64,000 nucleotides of DNA from Nemertoderma westbladi (lineage: Eukaryota; Animalia; Xenacoelomorpha), in the NCBI GenBank assembly GCA_032718475.1, contig JAUCBJ010007911.1, positions 1-64,000 on the forward strand. Reading direction: 5' to 3'. Below the pieces are notes generated by a model that did no database searches, was not told the origin of the DNA, and worked only from the letters and a program-made list of their open reading frames with translations. This document shows, one piece after another, positions 1 through 11,100 of this stretch (positions within the stretch are counted from its first letter, which is position 1; every line of letters begins with the position of its first letter). A program made the translations under genes and the position numbers.

Positions 1-1149
1 TCCAGTAGGGGGGGAGACAGGCAGCCGGTCAGGAGTTAACTGACGCCTGTGAGGCCGATTGTGTCCGGTAATTCCACTGGCCTCTAGTGGCCGGACCTCC
101 GCATTGCTAATGTAATCCATAGTGGGGGTTGGGGGGTGCTTTTTTGCCGAGTCAGCTCTCGGGGCAAATACCACACCCTGGTTTGCCATTCCACAGGGTG
201 GGTGTCGCAATGGAGTCAGATATGAGGCCCATCACCCATATCTACTCTGGCGTACATGACCCACCATTGGCTGTTGCAGCTCATCTGCTGGGTCATGCCC
301 TGTACCCTTGCTGCCAGGTGCAGGTGCAGCCGGGTACCAACGGCTGTTGGGTAGACTTAAGGGAACATTTCACAAACTTTCATAGGATGCTTGTACATGT
401 ACATTATATTGGTTGCCCCGATGTTTTTATTAGGCTAACTGAGAATGTATCAGGTATAAATACTGTAATTATAGTGTTCTTTATTTTATTTATCTAATAC
501 AGAAAAGACCCCTCCGCAGAATAAACTGCTCTTTTGGGCCGTTTCTCAGGTTGCGGATATGGATACCATTTCACACATCATCGTAGTAATTGTGATTATG
601 ATTTGTTTGCCTAGGCGAATGTGTATTACATTAGATGGGAGGCAGTTTTTTGGTTGATGCAAGTCATTCTTGGTTTGCATCTTCCAATCCCATCTGTTTC
701 TTGGAGTCTGTGTAAGACAGGTTCGTTTAAAGCCATCTTGATGGCGTTCTAGTTTTTACGTTGTCCGAAAAAAGGAGTTTATTTGTAGAAAACAATTTTC
801 TCAGTTTATAGAGAGAGTTCATATACTGACTGGTATTATTATGTTTTTTAGAGTGCTAATTACATATTATAAGGTCACATACACGTTGGTTAGGATACTT
901 TTCTGCTTTTCAGCACCCCAAGTATTGCACGAAAAGTGCTGGAAGTCAAACAATTTCATTAAAAATTAAAGTTAAATTTTCACATATATTAGGAGATTTT
1001 GGTTTTTGGCTGTTTGGAGTTGCTGAGTTCAATCGAATATGTTTCAAAATTATAAAGTGTCGGTTTTCGGATCCTAGACAAGACACGAAAAGTGCTGGTG
1101 ACCACGCACGGATAAAATATTTTCATATATTAAATTAAGCTAATTGTGG

Positions 1150-1430
1150 AAACTGACATATAATATTTCAATTAATAATGCAAGCTGCTTGTCGAAAATA
1201 ACCGACGAGTTCTTCGATTAAATCGCTTTGGAATTTGCCAAGCAAAACATAAGAGTGTTGAGCAATACCACAAGTATTTAAGAGAAATCTGGTGAGCTCA
1301 ACAACTCCTAAGCAGTAATTTCGTAATCCCAAAGCTGTATCAGTTGTTAAATTCTTACAACGTAGTTTATTGTTTGACGTCTTCATAAACATGGCTACCT
1401 TAGCTAAATCCTCCAAAAAGGTTAACCTAG
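1150..1430 (-). pseudogene. P-element/THAP9-family transposase C-terminal remnant
   Basis: ORF 1168-1416 contains LTTDTALGL...VELTRFLL...YVLLGKFQSDLIEELVGYFRQ, resembling the YVLLGKFQxDxLExxFGxxRQ catalytic-Glu region of P/THAP9 transposases; fragment only, no TIRs found. Confidence 0.6.
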
Positions 1431-1817
1431 GGTCCTGCCTTCTTTATCCTATCAGCTTTTGAACTATTTAACAATTGAATCTGCCGGTTGACAAATCCAA
1501 AGCGACCGGGGTAGAGAGAAGCAATATCTTTGGAGTTGGATATCGTGGTTACGTCGTCGGATTTACTTCTGTCCGCGAGCTTAACTGCATGTACAATTGC
1601 CTCTAATTCACTCCAACGCTTAATTTGATTTAAGGATAAATAGAAGATTTTATCAGCTCCAATTGAGAGCATATTTCAAAATGACCCGTTGGATTTATAA
1701 AAATGCTCCAGTCGAACACGTTAAGATTGTAACCTCGTCAAAACGATCGGAAACTTCTTTCAGAAAAACGATCATCCAAATCAACATAATCTTTCTTCTC
1801 AAACTCTTCCAATTCGT

Positions 1818-2207
1818 CATGGTGGCCCATGAGTATCATAACAAAAAAATATATTTATATATTTTTAAATGAAATAAAAAAACTAATTTTAAAATGCATA
1901 TGAAAAAAATTCAAACAAAAAATAAAATGCAATTTAAAATGTATTTTAAACTCGATTTCAAAACGATTTTTAAAAGGCATTTTAAAACGCATTCACAACA
2001 CGCAGCCCATAAGTATCATAACAGACTGTCGTAATGGTAGCTGGCCCAGGAGTATCATATCGAACTGTCAGAGGATAGGCCTAACATGCGCATGCGCGCG
2101 CATGCGCATACGGCAGGCTACCTAGTTCCCTTGCTGCCAGCTGTAGAGTACCGGTAGTGCACTACTGTTGAACTGCACTAGACAGAATCAGAACAGCAGA
2201 AGTCAGC
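1818..2207 (+). repeat. Left terminal inverted repeat (~390 bp)
   Basis: Aligns by eye to the reverse complement of 5998-6360, nearly identical over the first ~270 bp, with indels further in; contains three copies of GCCCA(T/G)(G/A)AGTATCATA at ~1825, ~2005 and ~2045. Confidence 0.9.
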
Positions 2208-2649
2208 TAGTGCAGTAGTGGTATCGGTTCTACGGTTGTGGCACTTGTGGCAAGGCCCTAGGCGTACCGGTACCTGTAACTGAATAAGCTCTTTGCTTTG
2301 AGTATGCTGAGCGTAGAAAAGCACTTTAACTAACTGTATAAGACTGGCAGTTCGCAGTATGGCTATATAAATACAGAAATACCCTACAGCCCTATCAGCC
2401 TATATAGGCTATTATTAGCCTGTAGCACTGTAGCAGTATACATGGTATAGGGCTGTAGGGTGACCAGTGACCACTGATAGATTGCAGGTACCGGTCACCG
2501 GTACGTCTGTACGTTGATTGACTTTGTGTCAATGCTGTTATCTGTTCTGCTGTTATTATTCAGAAACTGCTACCGGTAGTAAACCGCATACATTGAAATT
2601 TCATTATTATATTTATATTGGACGACATCGATTGCCTCGCTATACTGCT

Positions 2650-3830
2650 ATGCCACCACGAACAGAATGGAAGGATGACAAGATTCTTAAAGCGGCTTTG
2701 GCTTGGTATGTATGATGTAAAGAAAAACTACAAAAAAACGGCGATTCTTAACTACATGGAACGCGATTTTGATGAATATGCATGGAGTTTGGCCACATTA
2801 AGTCGCCGCATGAAGCATTTTGAAATTAGGTATATAGATGATCGTTTTGGCTGCTATAGTTAGTGAGTTAGACGGCCCTTCTCAGAAACTTGGATATAGA
2901 GGAATGCATCAAGTTCTCCGTGATAAACATAACTTAAAAGTTCCACGTAGCCTAGTTTCGGACATACAAGAGGTACTGAAGAACGGACACCCAGGTTTAA
3001 AGATAAACGTGTGAGAAGTCTATTTGAAAGTGGTGGTTCTTTTCAGACGCTGAGTATAGACGGCCACGACAAATTATGTGGATACCAAAACAGTACATTT
3101 CCCCTGGGGGTCTTTGCGTTTTTAGATACTTATTCTAGAAAAGTACTTAAAATCAATGTTTTATTCTCCAACTCAGCCTTTAGCTATCGCCTCACTATAT
3201 TATGATTTACTTACTGAAATAAAGTGTATGCCAGTGTTCATTAGGTGCGATAGAGGTACCGAGATGGGTAAGCTAGCTACATTGCATTCATACCTTATAG
3301 ATCAACAAGATATTATGGATGACCCAACAGAAGCTATAATATTTGGGCCTTCCACGACCAATAAAATTGAACGATGGTGGAGGGATCTTCACGAACGCAT
3401 GGAAATGTATTATAAGGATCAACTTACAGATCTGTTAGTTACGAATCAATACGATCCACATAACGCAAATGACAGGCTTGTTATGGCCTATGTTTACATA
3501 CCCATTGTGCAGAAGGATTGCGATATGTTCGTGTCAAACTGGAACTCACATAGAATTCGAGCACAGAAGATAGGATTACCAACGGGAATTCCAAATCATA
3601 TGTTTGATTTTCCCGAAACATACGGTGGCCAGAAATACTCGCTCGATTTTGATTTACATGACTTGCAACTGGTTGCAGAGCAACTAGGTATCACTGACTA
3701 TAGTAAGACCCGTATTATGGACTATGAGGTTATAAGAAAGTGCACTCAGATATTGCCAGAACCCGCTAATATTAAGAGTTGTGATGCTAAGGAAGTCTTC
3801 ATTTATCTTAAAGAAAAAATTAAAGAATAG
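2650..3830 (+). pseudogene. DDE/integrase-core transposase (IS3EU-like), frameshifted
   Basis: Pieces across frames: MPPRTEWKDDKILKAALAWYV / ERDFDEYAWSLATLSRRMKHF / ELDGPSQKLGYRGMHQVLR / LSIDGHDKL (D1) / LDTYSRKV / IRCDRGTE (D2) / GPSTTNKIERWWRDL (E) / WNSHRIR; several frameshifts. Confidence 0.8.
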
Positions 3831-4384
3831 TTAAAAGAGAAACATATATATTTATTATAATTATAAGGCTATAGAGGGAGGGATGTAACATATTGGGCAT
3901 TTATTTTCATTGGCAATCCGGACGGCTAGTACGTAAATTGTATTAACAGTTAACACGTTATTTTCAATGATAATCCGGATTGCTGAATACCCTATTGGAA
4001 TCATGGATTTTCAAGGTAATTATTAAATTTCAACTAAACTACTACAACTAACAACTAAAAAAGTTAAAACTTAAAGCGAACACTAAAACTAAAAAAACCA
4101 ACAAAAAAAAAACAGTAAAACCAAAAATGTATAAGTTTCGCTGTATGGAATAGAACGTGGGTTAGTTACCCCGGTATTAATTTCATTGCAATTTAGATAA
4201 TTTACCAAACCAGATATTAGTATTATTAAATGTTAGTAACCCCAGCCCAAACCCAAACTAGCTGCCGGCTAAAATGTATGAAAAACTAAAGAACTAAAAT
4301 AAAAATGCTAAAATAAAAAAGCAAGTTATAGTTATAAGCAAGTTATATTGCATGATTCACATGACGAATGATATGATAGGCCTA

Positions 4385-5755
4385 CTAAGTGTTTTCATGG
4401 AGGTGCATAATTTTGCAATAACGGTTGCATTTATGGGATAGGAGGAAGGTTTCAATACCGATCACTGAGCAATTCCCTGCGCAAAAGTATATCTCTTGGT
4501 CGTCATATGTTAGTTCTCTACTGGCGATCTCAGGGTCATACAATCGCAGATCTGTGCCCTGAATATCTAATAGCATTATCTTCTTCTTCCTATGTATATA
4601 TGAGTAATGGGCGAGCGCCTGCGCCTTATCATAGTTATCCAGCTCGTAATCGCTGAGGTCTTGGTCCCTCGTATCTGTTACCGTGCCACAGTTGTTTATG
4701 TATTTAATAAATGTGCCAGGTACATGCTCCTCTACTGTAATAAATTCCCTCTCAGATGAATCCATCACCCCAAACCAAACCTTATTGTAGACGAAAGTTT
4801 CTCCAAAATCTTAGTCGAGATTACTCACACACTTCGAGAATGAATCAGTGATTGTAGAAGCAACGGTATGCATTTGTACCTGTTTTCGAGTGTGATATTC
4901 GACGGTTGTTCCCAGTTCCTCAGTTAACATTGCTTCCACACTGGGTTTGTATTTTTTCACAACAAACTTTTCATTGCCATCGCAATTGTAGGCCATGTAG
5001 GCAAATCTAAACCCACCCTCCGCAAAAGGTACTTTGGACACCTTGTATCTGCCGGCTTTCTCTATATTCCAAGTGGAGTGCTCAATATCAAATTCTTCAC
5101 GACATATAGTGACAGCAACGTATTTATCATATACTATAAGTTTACCTGCCTTTATTAAGCATGACACTGATACAGATTTTGGATAAATCTTCGGACTCTC
5201 AACTGCCCGTGAAGACCACTCCCTAGATAACATATTGGTAGATGAATAAGTAGTACAGCTACCGCCGTCACTTGGTTCTAAATCCTGCAGTGCGGTACTC
5301 ACTTTACCACCTGCAGCAGCATCACTACCGGGCGTGGTAGGTTGGCTACTAGTACTAGGTCTACTACTACCACCAGTAAACCTGACAAAGTAAATCTTCT
5401 TACATCCCAATTGTTCGATGTCAGAGCAGCTTGGGCCCCTCTCACTAGCCAAAACATCACAACTTCCCTCGGGTTCACCATAGTATGCCTCACAGGCAGT
5501 CTTTATGTTAGTGATGCTTAGGTCCTCATAGTCAGCTTGGAAAGGTACAAAGTGGCGAGGCCCAATCGGTTCGTATTTAGATAGTCTACCTCCAGAGTGT
5601 TCAGATAATTTTTGTACAGTTAGCCATTGCGGGGATTTGAGTCTACCGGTAGCACCAGTACCTTGTTGCGCTCTCTTCGTGCGTTTCGCTGACAGTCTCG
5701 CCTCCAAATCGCCGATGTTTGTTTTTCTTCCTTTCTGTCCCGCAACTCCTGCCAT
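4385..5755 (-). pseudogene. Alpha-kinase (eEF2K/MHCK/TRPM7-type) passenger gene with one in-frame stop
   Basis: ORFs 4811-5761 and 4385-4768 share a frame, separated by TAA at 4811-4813 plus 14 open codons (DFGETFVYNKVWFG). Motifs PFAEGGFRFAY, VVKKY, TVEEHVPGTFIKYINNCG, AQALAHYSY, LLDIQG, LYDPEIAS, FCAGN, HKCNRYC. Confidence 0.85.
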
Positions 5756-5997
5756 ATCCAAGACATACGCATAGGCCTATATACACAGTGCAGCAGTGCT
5801 GCAGTGGAATACTGAAATATAATAATGTAGCCTAATACTGAAAAGGAAGTCTACAAATGCGAACTGTACAACTACCGGTACTCTACACCTTCAGGTCACA
5901 GAAACGAACGAGTCATAGTGCCTGACTGCTGTACCGTACCAGTAGTCAAGTTTCAGTACTGTATCACAGTAACAGTAGGCATCGGATGTTAGGCCTT

Positions 5998-6360
5998 GCT
6001 GACTTCTGCTGTAGTGCAGTACAACAGTAGTGCACTACCGGTACTCTACAGCTAGCAGCAAGGGAACTAGGTAGCGTATGCGCATGCGCATGTTAGGCCT
6101 ATCCTCAGCCAGTTCGATATGATACTCCTGGGCCAGCTACCATTACGACAGTCTGTTATGATACTCATGGGCTGCGTGTTGTGAATGCGTTTTAAAATGC
6201 CTTTTAAAAATCGATTTGAAATCGACTTTAAAATCCATTTTAAATTGCATTTTATTTTTTATTTGAATTTTTTTTCATATGCATTTTAAAATTAGTTTTT
6301 TTATTTCATTTAAAAATATATAAATATATTTTTTTGTTATGATACTCATGGGCCACCATA
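5998..6360 (-). repeat. Right terminal inverted repeat
   Basis: Reverse complement of 1818-2207; ends ...CATGGGCCACCATA. Confidence 0.9.
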
Positions 6361-6446
6361 CAACAGCCCTCTCTCCTGTTGGACGGCAACAACAATGCTA
6401 AATGACCATTCTTTGTACAATACTGTTTTTTGTACTCAAGCTTGTA

Positions 6447-7060
6447 CAAACAATGGGGCAAGTGGATTAGATGAAATCCCTGCGGAGGTATGGAAAACAG
6501 GAGTAGGCCAACTAAATGCAGACTATTATTGGAGCTGAAAGGGGTAAAGCCACAACCAATTTGGACTAGAAGCCAACTAAAGCCTCTCCCCAAGAAAGGA
6601 GACCTCGGCATACCAACAAACTATCGTGGGATCTGTCTGCTTGTGGTATGGTAGCTAACAAAATATACAATAAAATGATTCTATATAGGATTAGGCCTCA
6701 CATAGAGAAACTACTGCGTAAGAGCCAAAACGGATTTCGACCAAATAGTTCAATTATTGCTCAGATACTTGCGCTGCGGAAACGGAGTGAGGGAATTAAG
6801 TCAAAGAAACTCCCCACAGTCATGACTTTTGTGGACTTCTAGAAAGCATTCGACTCAATCCATAGAGGTAAAATGCTGGAAATCCTCAGAGCTTATGGAA
6901 TACCGAGGTAATTGTGGCTTGCATTGGTTTATTATATTGTAACACAGAAGCTCAGGTACTCTCACCAGATGGTGAAACTGAGTTATTCTTAATCCCGGCT
7001 GGCGTGTGGCAAGGTGACACATTGGCGCCATTACTATTTGTAATTGTACTGGTTATGCAA
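6447..7060 (+). mobile_element. Non-LTR retrotransposon (RTE-like) RT fragment, degenerate
   Basis: LPKKGDL-x4-NYRGI, KIYNKMIL, SQNGFR, FVDF*KAFDSI, GVWQGDTLAPLLF motifs; same family as the minus-strand copy at 8470-8885. Confidence 0.85.
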
Positions 7061-7109
7061 GGAGAACGGCCACAAACACTTTCCACTGTGGCTCGAAAGA
7101 ACTTAGTCT

Positions 7110-7468
7110 TCAGGTACCTGGAGAGCTGATTTCCAGATGGTATTCATTTTTGATAGAGGTACCCAAGCCTTTGCTTTCCTAACTTCTATGTCCTTTTTGG
7201 AACTCTCTATCCATGATCCTAGGTACTGGAAGTCATCGACCTTCCTTAGTTGATTATTATCAATGGTTGTCAAGTTTCCATCAACATTAAAGGTCATGAA
7301 TTCGGTCTTGGTAGCATTTATATGCAATCAAACCTCCTTAGCAGCCCTCTCCACTTCATTTAGTAGAAGCTGTGCATCTGCTGGCGTATTAGAGACCAGG
7401 GTGATGTCATCCGCAAAAACGGCGTCTGTGACTGTAGTTGCCGGGTATCTACTACTTCTCTGCCCCCT
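7110..7468 (-). mobile_element. RTE-like LINE RT fragment (FADD region and downstream)
   Basis: TDAVFADDITLVS...L*LHINATKTEFM...VDDFQYLGSWI...DIEVRKAKAW. Confidence 0.85.
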
Positions 7469-8469
7469 AACACTACAAAATAGAGACAAAATCTGGATCA
7501 TCAGCCCCCTAATACTGTACCGACGGTGGGTCTTCAGTCCCCACTGATTACCTTCCGACCGCAACGGTGACCCCCCGCCAGCATTGCCCGTTTTGAATCC
7601 TCTGCACTCCCTTCGTCGCTTCCCCCCGGTGCGCCCGCTGCGCCTACCGGTACCTTAGCCCTCCATTAGAACGAATAGCTACCGTAGCGGCGCATGCATT
7701 CACAAACAGTCTGGCAGTCTAATGGAATCCCGTGGGATTATCGCATCTTTAATCACATAGAAACTATTAATCAAAGGGTAGAAATCATAGTTCGAGGTTG
7801 TAATTTGCAGTAACCATTGATAATTGAGAAAAAACAGCAAAGAATTTAAAGCAGAAATAAGATACACATCAAAATTTACAAATAAATACAAAGAATTACG
7901 AATATTGCAAGCAGAAACAAAATACAGGGAGAACAGAGAGATGCACATAACGGAAACACAGCCAATTTATAGGTGATGCAACAGGGTTGACGCAATAATC
8001 GTCCCATTGGCTCAGCAATCCACGCCACCACTAGACCAACCTGGAACAGCTGGGCCAATAAGGAAGCCGGATTGTGAACCTCGGGGCTCCCAAATCACAA
8101 ATTATTACCATATATGGTAATGAATTGCGTGGCCCTAACATTAATTTCGCGATATTTAAAGTACATTAAGTACAATCTAATATAAAGCCAATTTGAAGAC
8201 AAATATAATGGAAATTAACGCAAATACACGATTAATTCGATGAATACCAATAAACAGCAAGCTTGTATCAAGGTTTTATAGGAAACTTGCTACCGTAAAT
8301 GTTATTTATTTATATTTTATTACAAAATTACGTATGTAAGGCTACATACTATACAAAATGAATAAGATCTATGAATGTGGTTATTTTATTTTCCCTATCT
8401 AACTATGGCTGCATGTCATTATGGCTTATCTAAATATTCTACACTGTATAATGGGCTGATAATAGTAAC

Positions 8470-10863
8470 AGATGAAGTCAAATTCCTTCTTGAAGTCCAC
8501 AAAAGTCATGACTGCATGAAGATTGTTTGACTTAATTCCTTCAATCAGTCTCCGTAGTGCAAGTATCTGAGCTATTGTTGACCTACTTGGTCGAAATCCG
8601 TTTTGGCTCTTACGCAGTAGTTTCTCTATGTGAGGCCTAATCCTATATAGAATCATTTTATTGTATATTTTGGCAGCTACCACAAGCAGACAGATCCCGC
8701 GATAGTTTGTTGGTATGCCGAGGTCTCCTTTCTTGGGGAGAGGCTTTAGTTGACCTTTAGTCCAAATTGGTGGTGGCTTTTCCCCTTTTAACATCCGGTT
8801 GCAAACATTCAATAATGGTCTGTTTAGCACTCCGGTTCTCCAATTTTCCATACCTCCGCTGGGATTTAATCTAATCCATTTGCTTTATTATTGGACATGC
8901 TTTTAATGCTTCTTTGGAGTTCGGCAGGTGTCAAGTCCCCTGTTTCTATAGGTAGTGTCTTGTCATATATTTTCCTTGTAAGGCTGACCTCGATGTTTGG
9001 TGGCTGCCCAAGCAAGTTGCTGAAGTGATTTTTCCACTTCCCAACACGTTCTTCAGGACTATCGGCTTTTAGGCGCCCCTTTGCACAACTTTTCCGACCA
9101 GATACCTCATTTACAGTTTGCCAGGTAAGTCTTGATTGTTGCTGTATGTGAGCTGTTGTAATTGCTTCAATTTTATCCTGTATGTACTTTTCCTGGCTGA
9201 TGTTGTAGGCCAATTTAAGATCGTCCTTAGCTTTCTCAACCTTGTTAACTTTTTCGGTTGTTGGTTGTTCGGTTTTAACTTTTTAGGCTATCTTAAAATC
9301 TTCTCTCTCACATGTAACCTTAGAATTTTGCCATGGCACATACTGTTTTCGTTTGGGTTTCTGGGGGATATGCCTCTTAGCTGATTCCTTGTGGGCTGTT
9401 ATTATATTCTGGTATATTGAATCGGTGGATTGGTCTTCATCCATTGATTGATGTGCTTCAAAGCGGTTTTGAACTTCTACTGTGTAAGCATCCTTTACTG
9501 TATTGTCAGTTCGGAGTTTCTCCCAGTCATAGTTGATTTGCTTGCTTGTCCTGGGTTTGCTGGCTCTTAAACTGAGTCTGATCTCTGCAGTCACAATTCT
9601 GTGGTCCGAACCAATTAGGTTGAACGAGCTGTATTATGCCTCGCAGTTGATCATGATGTTTCTCCACTTTTTGTTTATAAGGATGTAATCCAGTTGTGCA
9701 TTTGTTCCATTTGGGTATTGAAAGGTCCATAGCTTCCCCTTACTCTTTTCGAATGTGTTGTTTGTTGGTATCAGTTCACATTCTTCCATTAGGTCTAAAA
9801 GTAAGTACCCATTTCTGTTAGAACTGGTGTTATAGGTGTAACCCTTGTTGTCTTCTGGGCTAATTTGCGCATTCAGGTCACCAGCAGTGACTTTAACATT
9901 GTGTTTCGGAATGTCCTTTATAAGTCCAGTCAATTCTTCATAAAACTTGACTGCTTGTTCTGGCTCTGAGGCATTGGTTGGACTGTAGCAACATACAACT
10001 GTTGCCTTGGGATTTCCATCAAATGTTGCGATCATAACCCTGGAATTTATAGATTCGATATTGTTTAGGGTCTTAAGTGCAAATGGGCTTAGCAGAATTC
10101 CTACTCCACCAATTGATGCATTGGCCGAGTTTCTTACTGCTGAGCTTGTTACTAACGTCCATCCATTTCCAATGTCATTGTACTTCATAACTTTAAGGTA
10201 AACACTAGAGTCTTACACCCTTTAACTACAAAAAAATATAGAATCAGGACATTAAGCCCAAAATACCTTCCAGACCCTAAGGCCATCAAGGAACACAAAA
10301 CAAAACAAACAAAAAACACAAACAAAAGTATAGTATCAGGACATTAGGCCCAAAATACCTTCCAGACCCTAAGGCCATCAAGGAACACAAAACAAAACAA
10401 ACAAAAAACACAAACAAAATATATTATATACCATGCTCCACATACAAGTATGTATCGCAACCCTAACCCTAAAACCTAACCGCCATACACTAAATGATAC
10501 CGGTATTTAACTGCACAAAAGCTAAGCCTATAATATGACATTATTGTCGCCAAAAATTCAATTGTACTACATGGCAGTGTCTTCATGACAAATCCGATGT
10601 TCTGGGATGCAGATGATGTCGATGTTATATTCCATTGCCAGAGCGACCATGTCACACTGTTTGGTATGTGCTTTCAGCGTGCGTGCGTTCATTGTAGCAA
10701 TCTTTAGTGTCTTTTTACATTTCAACAGGTTGGTTCTTCTTTCTTCTATGTTTTCTGATCCAGTAGCCAATTTATCGACCCCAGCCTGGTGTACCATTGA
10801 GGGACGCGGTCCTTGTTGACCCGGGCAACGACCGAGCCGGTATTTCTCCAGGAGAGTCCTCAT
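8470..10863 (-). mobile_element. RTE-like LINE, APE endonuclease plus N-terminal RT, decayed and interrupted
   Basis: APE motifs LKIATMNARTL, DIICIPEHR, GGVGILLS, CYSPTN, GDLNAQ, QLDYILINKKWR; RT motifs PKKGDL, NYRGICL, QNGFR, FVDFKKEFD; stops, frameshifts and an insertion at 10189-10560. Confidence 0.85.
10189..10560. other. 372-bp insertion in the LINE endonuclease with a 12-bp target duplication and an internal ~90-bp tandem duplication
   Basis: Flanks ATTGTACTTCAT (10177-10188) and ATTGTACTACAT (10561-10572); 10243-10327 is repeated at 10335-10420. Confidence 0.65.
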
Positions 10864-11100
10864 ACTTTACCGACGCAGCAGGTCTTTTCTTATTACCATA
10901 GCAACGGGAAACAATTTGTAATATGTAGAATATCCGTCAGAAACATGGCATATGTATTTCAGATGCATATCAATATGTTATATGTCAACATTCATAATAT
11001 ATCATATATTCACTCATATTAATTCACAAGCGAAATCATTATTCTATCGTTACCATAGCAACGGGCATACTTTATTATAGGGCCATAAGACAGTGATGAA

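Larger units (their letters stand above)
1818..6360 (+). mobile_element. IS3EU-like DNA transposon with long TIRs, carrying a transposase and an alpha-kinase gene
   Basis: Ends (C)ATGGTGGCCCATGAGTATCATAAC at 1818 and GTTATGATACTCATGGGCCACCATA at 6360 are inverted copies; two convergent internal genes; TATGG...CCATA terminus and integrase-core transposase fit IS3EU; no TSD seen. Confidence 0.8.

Noticed and set aside
129-497. 122-aa ORF with TTG start and the GC-richer first 400 bp
   Set aside because: No recognisable motif in either strand; truncated by the window edge
4811-4813. Programmed stop read-through in the alpha-kinase
   Set aside because: The neighbouring transposase is also decayed, so a nonsense mutation is simpler
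7471-7480. CACTACAAAA as a CACTA transposon terminus at the LINE breakpoint
   Set aside because: No matching TTTTGTAGTG end found before 8470
10460-10481. Telomere-like CCCTAA repeats
   Set aside because: Only two to three imperfect copies inside an insertion
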